Of a stretch of DNA of 64,000 nt, positions 1 through 10,890 are shown piece after piece. The notes below the pieces were generated by a model. The model was given only the letters and a program-made list of their open reading frames with translations, had not been told where the DNA came from and ran no database searches. How positions within the stretch are numbered: the first letter of the stretch is position 1; the number at the start of each line of letters is the position of its first letter. Source of the stretch: Macrostomum lignano. Its lineage: Eukaryota. The stretch is taken from assembly GCA_002269645.1 (NCBI GenBank), contig NIVC01001385.1:219539-283538 (forward strand), in the 5' to 3' direction. The translations under genes were made by a program, and so were the position numbers.

Positions 1-151
1 GTACTTCCGGTCTCTTTGCACAAGGACACGATGCTTCGAACCGACTGTTTTGGGTAACGCACCATTCGACCAAAAGACTTCCAGTTGTCACCTATCCTCT
101 ATCTATATTTGAGATTAAGACGTCCTTGGCGTATTGTCCGCTGCGCGTCAT
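1..151 (-). mobile_element. 5' fragment of a degenerate Tc1/IS630-like transposase (N-terminal HTH region), running off the left edge
   Basis: The minus strand reads ATG at 151 (MTRSGQYAK..ISNIDR) and, after frameshifts, KQSVRSIVSLCKETGS. This aligns with KLSVRNVVSTCEETGS at ~23245-23285, which lies upstream of clear DDE motifs. Confidence 0.5.
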
Positions 152-1946
152 TTTTTGTCTGGGTCTTCCAGCTGTGGCACAAACTCTGTGATAAATACAA
201 TATACGATACGGCAAATAGATTAGGCCCTAGACAAACCTATTGTTGGAGCATGTAAAGATTTTAAAACTATTGGCCCTCTTTGCCTATCGCCGGTCGGCG
301 AGTTCTACCAGACTTTCTCCGATAGTTGCAGGTACGGTACAAGTAAATAACAAACACGATTGAAGCGAGTCAAGCAGATTTAGAGAGTGATAATCCTAGA
401 TGATAAAGGCTAATCAAGATTTTGACACTTAATTTAGTTACTTCAAATCAATTACAAACTACTTAATACGCAAATTCGCGACGCAGATAAATTCGAGCAC
501 GGATAACAACGATATAATTAATTAGTTACGCACTGGTGAGCGGATCTCAGCTCTGAAAAAGAAGAAAGACCGAACAGGACCACGGAGAAAGACTCCTAAC
601 CACTGGCCTAATTCCCAGAACCTACTCTCAGGCGAGGACCCTGACGGATTGACAGTTCAGCGGAGCTCTGGCTAAGTCCTACCAGCTCTGCCCTTCAGTG
701 CAACACTGAGGCCCTCGGGGTCGAGGCCACGTACTGTGTCAAAACCGTCAGTTCCTGTCTAAACCCGCTTATTAACGACGCCCTCAGACAAGGTTATCGC
801 GGGCGTTACGCTAACAAGACTGCGGGTGGGCGAGGGAATAACACAAGGACCGGGGAGACGATGCAGACCAAGCGCCTCAAAGCGCGATAAGAAGGCGAAA
901 CGGCCGGGAAGTTGGACAAACTAAAGGCCAAAAAAACAGAAGTGAGATCCGACCGCCAAAACACACTTTCATATATAGTCACTTTCAAACCCCTCAAAAC
1001 CCCCCTCACGCCGGGTGGTGGGTGTCTGGCCGGCCGCTCGCTAAGCCGACTTGCACTGGACCCGCGGCGCTCTCTCAGACCGGGTAGACTTGGTTTTTGC
1101 CGCGTGCCAGGGTCCAGAACGATCGCGATTGGCTGGCCGCGCAAAGCCGGGGTATGCTGGAAAACTTCGACCCTCCGCTGAGTCACAATTAGCGTCTAGC
1201 TTCTGACTTGTTTACACAACAATAAACTCTAAACTAAGGGAAAAAGTACATTGAAACGCGTGACTAAAACAAGCAAAATAATTACTCGTATCAACAATAC
1301 AGAAACTAATTCAATCAACTAGCTAATAGAATGCAAACACTACATCTCGCTGTTTAAACCAAACTGATTTCTGTTGTCTATGGCTTTCTACGAGAATGGT
1401 ATGTCTGTGTAAAATCTCTGATCCGCCTCGCTGCCACGGCTAACGGCCACGCACCAATTTGAATGAAGTAAAAACCAAACAGGACGCAGAAATGAATGTA
1501 TATTTGGTGTCAATGCGTATTTCAGTGACGCCAAGAACGATGGTCAGTAGCGCTTAACGCAATTCGGGTGGCCTAAAATTAATATTTTTCACGACAAAGT
1601 CGATTCTCAGTGGCATCAATTATTAAAGAGCGTGGTGTCAGAAGTTAATATTTGTAATAAAATGGAATACACCAGCTTAAGGTCAACAGGCCCACCAAGA
1701 GACAAGGCTGAGTTAGAAGAGCCCTGTGCACTTTTTATGCATTCAGAGGTGCATCCATTCTGATTGAAGGTTATAAATTTTAACATAAGAAAACAGACGC
1801 GCATTATCAATATTTATCGATAACAAATTTTATGAATGCGAAATAATCCGAATAAAAAGCGTGTCTTCGCTCAAAAAGCGATTTTTTGGTAATTTTTTAC
1901 TTCTCGATAAGTTTCGGATTTTTATCATCTCGTATTTAAGAGTTTA

Positions 1947-3104
1947 TTAATTGTCATCGAGTTTACCTCCGCTAGCTAGTTCTCTCACTTTAATAGGATC
2001 CATATTTAATTCACAACTGGTGGCAGTGGTAGCCGATTTTTGATCTACCGGTTTCCAGCATTTTACCGTCTCCAAGAGAAGCCGACAGAACTTGGCATTC
2101 TTCCACACCAGCAGGATCCAGTTGGTGGACTGGCCAATGATGATGGTCGAGATGCCGATGTCGTGAACTCCCCACAACACGGTGGCCGTGTTATAATCGA
2201 TTCCACCAAAAAGCAGCGTTAGAACGTACTCGCTGGTTCGGGCAAAGAAAGTCAGCGAGGCAGACAGAAGCAGACAGACCGACAGAGCGAGGCAGATCAC
2301 TGTGTTTACTAGCCCGTCATCAGATTCCTTAGCAGAGCCCAGCCTCTTTCTATTGGCGGTGATCTCCCGTACCTTGTGAATCAGGAAGCAGTTCTCAATG
2401 AAAATAATCGCCAATAAAAGGGCCGGTGGGTAGTAAAGCAAAGCCGAATAGTAGTATAGAACGGTTTGTTGCCATGGTAACAGCGTGTGGAAGCTGTAGT
2501 AGCAAATTAGGTACACTTCAAAAGTAAACCAATGAAAGATAAAGGCGATGGGAAGGGTGATAATCACGCAGGCCAGAATCACCAATAACCCGGCCTTCAT
2601 CGCAGCCTTTCCACTGATGCTCTGAAATTTGAACGGAAAGTACAGGCTTAGAGTCCTGTCAGTCACCATTAGCAGAAACACTGCAGTCGATGTTAGGTGG
2701 CACAGGTGCTCAAAGTATTTGGCAAATCTGCACTGCACGTCTCCGTCGTTGCTATTTACATAACCGACGGACCCGTTGGTTAACCATGGCAGACCCTTGG
2801 CCAAGAACATCCACATGAAGCCGTTCACGATGATGTTGCAGCTGTCTGTGACCGCAATTATGCTGATGTACACATTCTGTCGAGTCCACGGTTGTTTGAC
2901 CAGGTTGATGTACACTATGAGAGCGTTGAACACGAGACCGGAGACAATGAAAACAGGCAGAATCAGGCCCGTGATGGCGCCAAGGACGGTGTTGACAGTG
3001 CAACTCGCTGTTCTGTTTGGGTCCCCACTTTGACAATCCGACACTATAAAGTCCACAGGGTCCAGGAAAATATAGTTGACAGCGCTTGGCGTCGCGTTAC
3101 TCAT
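1947..3104 (-). CDS. Intronless rhodopsin-like (class A) orphan GPCR, copy 1, intact (385 aa from MSNAT)
   Basis: ORF 1947..3119 has an in-frame ATG at 3104 and seven hydrophobic segments. Motifs: TM1 GLVFN, TM2 IAVTD, ECL1/TM3 Cys (DVQCRF), DRY-like DRT followed by LYFPFK, ECL2 Cys, TM7 STNWILL. Confidence 0.9.
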   Translation of the reverse strand: MSNATPSAVNYIFLDPVDFIVSDCQSGDPNRTASCTVNTVLGAITGLILPVFIVSGLVFNALIVYINLVKQPWTRQNVYISIIAVTDSCNIIVNGFMWMFLAKGLPWLTNGSVGYVNSNDGDVQCRFAKYFEHLCHLTSTAVFLLMVTDRTLSLYFPFKFQSISGKAAMKAGLLVILACVIITLPIAFIFHWFTFEVYLICYYSFHTLLPWQQTVLYYYSALLYYPPALLLAIIFIENCFLIHKVREITANRKRLGSAKESDDGLVNTVICLALSVCLLLSASLTFFARTSEYVLTLLFGGIDYNTATVLWGVHDIGISTIIIGQSTNWILLVWKNAKFCRLLLETVKCWKPVDQKSATTATSCELNMDPIKVRELASGGKLDDN

Positions 3105-3269
3105 GACTACTTTGAGCAAGGATTAACAGAGCTTGCGATGCGTTCGGTCCTTAGAGAATAAGATAGCAATAGCGTTGAACGATGAAGCTCTAGTTGGTTG
3201 CTTGCTAAACCAGCACTTCACAATGCAATTGAAAACGGCAGCTTCGTGGGTTTAAATAGCGCTGTTTTC

Positions 3270-3420
3270 ATCACCCCCAGCTGTAGCCCCGCCCAATTTT
3301 TGCGTGCCAATGGTGATTGAATGGGCGATTTCCGTTTGCCGGCTTTTTGTTTTACATGTTCAGTTCAACAGTCTTAACTCGATAAAAGCTGAGTGGTTCG
3401 ATGCTTTTAGCGGAAATTAG
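3270..3420 (-). promoter_or_regulatory. Conserved upstream block of GPCR copy 1 with GC box (AAAATTGGGCGGG)
   Basis: The same block (CCACTCAGCTTT..GAGTTAAG...GCACGC.AAAATTGGGCGGG) lies upstream of copy 2 (~5170-5305) and copy 3 (~21385-21530). It is ~190 bp from the ATG in copies 1 and 3. Function is inferred. Confidence 0.4.
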
Positions 3421-4425
3421 CGAAAATCGAACACAGTCACGGCATTATACTGCATGGATTCAGCCTCCGAGATAAATGAAAGGAAAAAATGAGTTTTAAT
3501 CGCCGCCGACCTGCAGCATTTTGACCGTTCCCTGAATTTTCTATTTTCTTACCGAGCTTTTAAATATAGCCCTCGCAGTCACGTGAAAGCGCTCTCCATC
3601 AAACCAGTCTGAAGCTATCTGAAGTGACAGTCTACTTCAGATAGCATTGTCTTCCATTTACTCGGGAGGACACAGAAGATTTTGATATCAATGCATCATT
3701 GGATCAATCGCTGTCCTAGCTAAAGTCTTGTAACGTACAGTGCGGTTGGTCGATTCCAGCCGGAGAGGCGATTCGATGGTCTGGTGGGGACTTTCTGCTG
3801 AGGCGTTCTCGAGGAGGCGACCGAACTTCTGCGATGTCATCTGTTCAACTACACAATATGGTTCTTGACAGCACAGCTCAGAATTTTTTCACTTAATCTC
3901 ACCATTTCTATTCAAAATCCGTTTCACCTACATTTCTGACAACCGTGAAAATACGGTAGTTTTTGGTGATTCAACCGACAAGGGGCAAGTTTGGCTAATT
4001 AGCTGGATCTAAAAATTGCGAATATCAATAGTATCCCCATGATAACTTGTGGGTTCTTACATTTTCTCTGCAAAAATATCTGATCTCGTACTTTCATTTG
4101 ATTTAATCGTCTATTTTATCGTCTACCGTCTATCGTCTACGGGAGTGTTGGCTGTTGAGAATGTGACAAATAGTCAAGTTTATAGAGGAAGCGAATGCGT
4201 TAGACGCTCCCTCACTCATATTTCCTGTCAGAATAATAATAAAGCAAATTTGTTTAAACGCTGTGTATTTAACTATTAGGACGCTGTACTTCAAAACCGT
4301 TAAGAAAGTATTTAAAGGCCGTTTTAAAGTTACACTTCTTGCTTTCCACAAACGGATTTTAAAAAAATTGGTTCTAGAGGTATTTTAAGATGTTCAGAAG
4401 ACAAATTTAAATTCAGAACTCCAGC

Positions 4426-4602
4426 ATTTAACATCGAGTAGTTCGAATATAGCAGACTTCATTGCTTCGCGGATTCCGCTGTGACACGCTGTACAACGTT
4501 ATGCTTCGCATGATCAATCAGTGCATGTCGCCTGACATGATATAAACTGGAATGGCCCAGGACTGCGGGGTCGCTGCCAGGTCGAGCTACTCGATGTTAA
4601 AT
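4426..4602. mobile_element. Possible MITE with a perfect 16-bp terminal inverted repeat
   Basis: ATTTAACATCGAGTAG (4426-4441) and its reverse complement CTACTCGATGTTAAAT (4587-4602). No clear TSD. Confidence 0.35.
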
Positions 4603-6103
4603 TGGCAGAAACTGACAATTAACTCTCTGTGAATAATTTTTAAGTATATTTTGCTAAAAAATATACTTAAAATATGGCCTAGAAAATGAAGCATGGCCCA
4701 GAAAACTGCTTCAATGGAAACCAGCTCCTGTAAAAATATATACTTTCCTACTCCAGATTGAATGTTTTCAGATCTGCATGACTTTAGCCTAGTTAGTAGC
4801 ACTCTGCTTCACTCTGCTTCTGCTCCGAGGGTTACAAAGGGTAACTCATACACGTATGAGCAAAATGAAGACGACTGTGAACAGAACAGTATGCTGGGCC
4901 TTTCTCTTTCTCACAACTCCTAACTTTAAAACTCACTTCCTGGACTTCAAAAATCGGCATCGCGAAAACTCAACAAAAATCCCAATCAAATTTTGTAAGC
5001 ACTCGTGGAGCTGACGCCAATCAGTTTTTTTTTCTCATTCTCAAGGAGATTCTTCCCGATTTGCTACCGGTTTTGAAGTCAAAAATTCCAAAAAGGAACT
5101 ACTGATAATTTGATATAATTTGACATAGATTGAACCAAAGACGCGTTGAAATATCTGGCAGTTTTGCTCGAACCACTCAGCTTTCATCGAGTTAAGAAGA
5201 CTGATCCGGATACGTAAAAAATGTAAGCTGGCGAACGGAAATCTCCCAGTGTTGCACGCACCATTAGCACGCGAAAATTGGGCGGGTTACCATTCTTGGG
5301 GCGATGATTCCTATATTTTATATATTTTATATATTATGTGTATCACCGTTTGTTTTAAATAAGTAGGGAAATTGTCTCTATAAAAGGAAGCCAACCGAAG
5401 GCCCAACAAAACTGAAACCTCCCTCTTTCCTTCGTTCGACTCGCTTAAAGCATTGTTTCATTTGCTCCAGTCACTCTATTTGGAGACAAAATCAATCAGG
5501 CTCAGGATTTGTTCTCGCGTTACTTATTTTTGAGTAGTAGATAGCGATTTAGAAACCACCCCAGAATTTGGAGAATTCAATCCATTCTTAGAGAACGAGG
5601 ACTCCCAGATTTAGAATCTGGGAAATCGCCCTAGAAGGCAGAACACCTACCAAAAGGTAGAATAAACAAGACTCAGAGTCTGAGAGACCCGCCTCAGGGC
5701 AGAATAGCCAGCAATTGAGCTGTGACCCTCTGATCCCGGGAACGCCCAGGACTGAGAGAAGAACCCTTTATAGGAGTAGAATAGAAGTATAGAAGTAGGG
5801 TTTAGTGCCAGTAGACCAGTATAGAAGTGTACACGCTACCAACAGAAGTGCATACGCTATCAGTAATAGATGAAATATCAGTAAAGTACATAAGTAATGG
5901 GAATATTAAGAGCCATAGGATAACATTGGTGGCATCTTTTTCGGATATTTATAGAGGGAGAAGCAGCACCCCTACAACAGCTGGTGGCATTAGTGAGATT
6001 TTACGGAGAGTAGAAGTACGACCACTACCACATTCTTTTCGGATGAATGAATGTGCCACAAGCTCTGCTAATTCTTGCTCGAAGCAGTCATGAGTAACGC
6101 GAC

Positions 6104-6295
6104 TGTTGTGGCCGCTGGCCAAATGAATAAAATCACTTCACTTGAGACGAAGGAGAGGAGAGGAGAGGTAGCTCTCAGCTAGTGAGCCAGTCAATATATA
6201 TATATTGAATATTTATATATTCTGATTGATACGAGCTAGATGTACATCAGTGTGCATACATTACATAATATCATTGAGCATGCACATTCACAACA
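6104..6295 (-). repeat. 3' LTR of the Gypsy element (192 bp) preceded by a polypurine tract
   Basis: Termini TGTTGTG...CACAACA form a 7-bp inverted repeat. The minus-strand PPT AAGGGGGTGA (6296-6305) abuts the LTR. Confidence 0.85.
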
Positions 6296-9200
6296 TCACC
6301 CCCTTGCAAAGAGGTTCAACGGCTTACGGGTGGGATAAGCCGACGCATTAAAGCAAGCAATGTCAATGGAACAGTTTTCTGTACATGAGCAGTCAGTTAG
6401 TCAAGTCAGAGTCACAACGTCAAACGAATTGAGGCGGTGCGCGAAGTCTCTCAGAACGGCGCAGCGGTGGCGTTGGCGTCGCCTCTGGTTGCCCACCGTC
6501 CGGTTGCGGAACCTCGGTATTGTCAGCCCCATCACCCCAGCCGTGATGGTCATCCATGATGCAGCGGCTGATGTGCCAGCGGCTGCCATTGGTCAGAGTG
6601 ATTGTGTTGCCCTCGTGACTGACAACTGTCTGTGGCTCGGAGACGCCGCTGCTGAGCTTTCCGCGCCTCGGCCGGCGGACGCGGACGCAGCTCCTGATAG
6701 TCAGCGCTGCGTCCTTCAGCGGCTGGTTCCGCTTGCGCATCCAGCGGTGGCTCTTGGCCTGCTGCTGTCGCTCCATGACGCTGCGCCGCAGCTCCTGGTC
6801 CGTCGTTGACTCGGTGCTTGCTGGTTGAAGATGATCGAGAGGCAGGCGGAGCTTTTGTCCCAGCATCAGTTTAGCCGGAGACTTCTTGGTCAGCGCGTGT
6901 TCAGATGACCGATACGTGAGCAGAAGCTCCTGAACCGCCTGCTTTACCAGCACGCCGTCGGCGAGAAGGTGCCCGCAGTGAGGTCTTGATGAAGCCGTTG
7001 AACCTCTCGACTCCTCCATTCTGCTGTGGGCAGTAGAACGGAGTGCAACTGTGCTTGATGCCGAGCGAGTTGAAAATGTCCTTGAACTCGGTCGACACAA
7101 ACTGAGGTCTGTTGTCCGTGGTAATTTCGTCTGAAAGCCCCCAGCGAACGAACAGGCTGCAAAGGGCTTCGATAAAGACAGCGGAAGTCACGGACGAAGA
7201 TGCAATAATCTCAGGCCACTTGAAGTAGAGATCGTGGACTACGATGAAAAATCGATGGGACTGCACATCGGCTTCCGGCAGCTCTCCGACGATTATCGAC
7301 TTGCAGCTGCCGCCACGGACCCACCGGTAGCTCCGTCACTGACCATGGGACCTTGATCGGCTTGAGCTCCTTCTCGGACAGGACGCAGGCGCTGCAGTTC
7401 TGCACGAAGGCCTCCACGTCGCTGTCGATGCGCGGCCACCAGACTGTATCGAGGCACCGCGCCTTGACCTTGGCGACACTGAGATGTCCTTGATGCGCCT
7501 CTGCCAGCACAAGAACGCGGAGCTCAGTCGGGATGACGGCGCGGCTGCCTCTCGCCGGGCAGCAACCATCGTTCCACAGGAAGAGCTCGTGGTGCACCTG
7601 GTGGAAGCCCTTCAAGTCGGCTGGGGCCTCGGTTGGCCATCCGTTGATGAGGAACCCGATGACTCGCTGCAGTTGGTTGTCGCACTTGGTTGCATCGGCC
7701 AGTTGAGTGACTGCTTCTGGCCAGCACCAGGTTGATGTCGGACTCGCTCTGGTGCTGCTCATTGGACTCTTTGGCTGCGCTCTTGCCGTCGCAGCCGTAG
7801 CGAGACAGAAAGTCGGGCTGGACGTTGAGCTTGCCGGGGACGTACTCGATGTTGAAGTCGTAGACAAAGAGTCGCTCGCACCAGCGCTGAAGTCGAAGAG
7901 GTCGTTGGCCGAATCCTCGAGGTGACAGCAGGGTCGTCAGCGCTTGATGGTCGGTGAGAAGCTTGAACTTGCGACCGTACAGCAGCAGGTGCCAATGCTC
8001 GCAGCTCCAGACGCAGGCCAAGGCCTCCTTCTCTGACGCAGAGTAGCGGCGCTCAGTGTCGGACAGGGCTTGCGAGGCGAAGGCTACTGGCCGCAGCTGT
8101 CCATGATCGTCGACTTGGCTCAGGTTTGCGCCAGGGCGACGTCGCTGCTATCGCAGGAGACGATGGTCTCGTGATCTTGGTCGAAGAACTTCAGGCATGG
8201 TGCTGATGAGATGAGCCGCTTCATTTCGCTGAAGGCTGCCTCGCATTTTGCGTCCCAGTTCCATGGCGCGTCCTTGCGCAGGAGCACTGTCAGCGACCCG
8301 GCGACGTGAGACAGGTTCTTGATGTAGAACTCGAAGAACTTTGCAAAGCCGAGGAATGAAGCTAACTCTGACGTATTGGTGGGTGCCTTGAGTTTTGATA
8401 CGGACTCGGTGTGCGACTGAAAGGGTTGAATTCCCGCTGCGCTGACGCGGTGTCCGTCGAACTCGATCTCCGACGCCTTGAATATGCACTTCTTGAGGTT
8501 GACGCTTACCGGATGCTGCAGCAGCTTGTCTAGTACCTAAAGTACGCGACTTTCGTGCTCGGCTTCCGTAGCGGCGTGAACGGCAATGTCGTCTTGATAG
8601 TGAACAACGCCTCTGATGCCTTGGAGGATCTTGCCGACGACCTTCTGGAAGGCCGCCGGAGCCGAGCTGATGCCGAACGGCATCCGTCTGAATCGGTAGA
8701 GGACGGATTCAGTGTTAAAGCAGGTCAGATTATTGGCGTCATCGTGCAGAGGCAGCTGTAGATGCGACTGGTTGAGGTCGATCCGTGAGAAAAAACTTTG
8801 AATTGTTGAATTCGGTCAGAGATCGGCGAAGGTAGGCAGTGACATCGAGTCGGGGATGATCGCCTTGCTGACCTTTCGCAGATCAACGCAGAGGCGCAGC
8901 TTCCCATCGGCCTTGCGGGCACAGGTGACGTTGGACTCGCTCGATGATGCCTTCTTCCTCCCAGCGGTGAATCTCGCTGTCGCACTCCTGGCGCAGCGCT
9001 AGAGGCAGTCGGCGCAGACGCTGAGCTACGGGCGGCACATTTGGGTCAACTCTTGGACGGTGGCAGAACCCTTTGATCTCACCAAGTCCGGTGCCCAGGG
9101 CGTGGACTTAGCTGGAATCCATTCGGGCATCGACGTGGTCAAAGGCTCCTCGGACTCGACCGCAGCAATCTGATGTCCGTAAGGCCCGAGAACTTTGCAG

Positions 9201-10160
9201 TTCAGCTTGTCCATCAGGTCGATTCCATGACGACGGTGAAGGTGAACGATGGGAGCTGGACGCAGTCGAACTCGACCGTGGCGTCAACCTCGCCGGCGAC
9301 GCTGATGCTGGAGCCGTTGTACGACACGAGGTGTCTCCCAGACGGTCGCAGGGGGACTTTCGAGCCGAAAAGCTTCCGGCAGGTCTGCATGTTGATGATG
9401 GAGACCTTGGCAGCTGTGTCCACCAACAGCGGAATGCTGAACCCGTTGATCCTGACGCTGGCTCTCTTGTACTCGCCTTTCTTGTCCGTGCTGAAGGCGA
9501 AGATGCTTTGCTGAGCGGAGCCCTGCGGAGCTGTCGAAGACAACGCCTTGAACCTTCTTCCGAGACGAATACGGTGCCGTGGTGCTGCTCTTGCGCACAC
9601 TCGCGAAGTGGTTGAGCTTCATGCATTTCTCACACGCTTTGCCACGGGAAGCGGAGCGCGGGTCGCTGTCTGTGCGGTGGCCCGGCTTACCGCAGTGCGA
9701 GCAGCAGGGCTCCTGCGATGGTCACGCTGCCTGGCCTCTGATGCCCATCGGAGCTCTCTTGGCGTTGATCTTCCTGATGCCGTCGTCAGCTGCATTCTTG
9801 CCGGTCAAGTACATCTCACTCTGGACAGCTTTTTCCACCTGGGCGGTAATTTTAATTGCTCCGTCCAGGGTGAGCTATTGCTCTAGCGGGAGGCGTTCGC
9901 GCACCTTTGCTGATTAAGTGCCAAAGATCAGCTGGTCCAGGATGAAGGCGTCGTGAAGGCTCTGGAACTCACAGTCGCTGGCGGCATGGCGCAAGTTTGC
10001 CACGAATGCGTGCACGCCTTCGCCGCTCCGCTGTACGCACTTCCGGAAGTCATGCCGCTTGGCATACACGCTGACAGTGGGCTGAAATTGTCGCTGGAGC
10101 TTTATTTGGAGACTTCATGAGAGTCCAGTACACTCGCACTGCTCGCACACATTCACAACA
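6104..10160 (-). mobile_element. Ty3/Gypsy LTR retrotransposon, degenerate, with 5' LTR/PBS/gag start missing
   Basis: Domain order on the minus strand is gag (LQRQFQP..FVANLRHAASDCEF; CCHC knuckle ~9600-9700), protease (LLVDTAAKVSII, ORF 9214..9600), RT (YQDD at 8588-8599), RNase H (EKEALACVW..TDHQAL), integrase (HQGH..C..C; TDNRPQF; NGGVERFN). 5-bp TSD GCGAC (6099-6103) / GTGAC (10161-10165). Many frameshifts. Confidence 0.93.
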
Positions 10161-10685
10161 GTGACACCAAGCGCTGTCAACTATATGTTTTCGGACTCTA
10201 TCGACTATATAGTCTCGGATTGTCAAAGTGGGGACCCAAACCGAACAGCGACTTGCACTTTCAACACCGTCCTTGGCGCCATCACGGGCCTGATTCTGCC
10301 TGTTTTCGTTGTCTCCGGTCTCGTGTTCAACGCTCTAATTGTACACATCAACCTGGTCAAACAGTCGTGGACTCGACAGAATGTGTACATCAGCATAATT
10401 GCGGTCACAGACAGCTGCAACATCATCGTGAACGGCTTCATGTGGATGTTATTGGCCAAGGGCTTGCCATGGTTAACCAACGGATCCGTCGGTTATGTAC
10501 ATCTCAACGACGGAGACGTGCAGTGTAGATTTGCCAAATATTTTGAGCACCTGTGCCACCTAACATCGACTGCAGTGTTTCTGCTAATGGTTACCGACAG
10601 GACTCTAAGCCTGTACTTTCCATTTAAATTTCAGAGCATCAGCGGAAAGGCTGCGATGAAGGCTGGGTTATTGGTGATCCTGGCC

Positions 10686-10890
10686 GCATGCAAGGTGGGT
10701 TCAGCACGTTTGTGTAGCAGGAGACAGACCAGGCCTACGAGCTAAGGTCTGCGATCCTACACACCTCCACCCCCTCTATTCTGGTGCAGGAATGGCAGGA
10801 GAACTCTCTCCAAGCTGACTCACAAGTCGACCCAGGGGTTCACGCCCCGCATGTGTTCAAGGCAGCTCTAGGGCTGCTGGACTGACTGGG
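10686..10890 (+). ncRNA. Predicted HDV-like (CPEB3-type) self-cleaving ribozyme at the 5' end of the non-LTR element
   Basis: P1 GCAUGC(10686-91)/GCAUGU(10849-54) with G1-U wobble. P2 CCCAG(10831-35)/CUGGG(10886-90). P3 GGG(10836-38)/CCC(10846-48). L3 UUCACGC. J1.1/4 GU. P4 UC-AA-GGCAGC/GCUGCU-G-GA. J4/2 CUGA with the catalytic-position C at 10882. G1 coincides with the TSD-defined element start. Confidence 0.8.

Noticed and set aside
270-1250. Possible solo LTR or retroelement leader, including ORFs 806..1186 and 912..1181
   Set aside because: It has an LTR-like composition and ends in ..GTACA, but I found no TSD, second copy or protein motif to support a call.
2752-3161. Overlapping alternative-frame ORFs repeated at each GPCR copy (MSKWGP.., MVNHG.., MFDQVD..)
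   Set aside because: They are shadow frames of the GPCR coding sequence and recur only because the gene is duplicated.
10686-10830. Hammerhead or twister ribozyme in the hairpin-rich 5' UTR
   Set aside because: No CUGANGA/GAAA core or twister consensus. The hairpins fit as the J1/2 insertion of the HDV-like fold.
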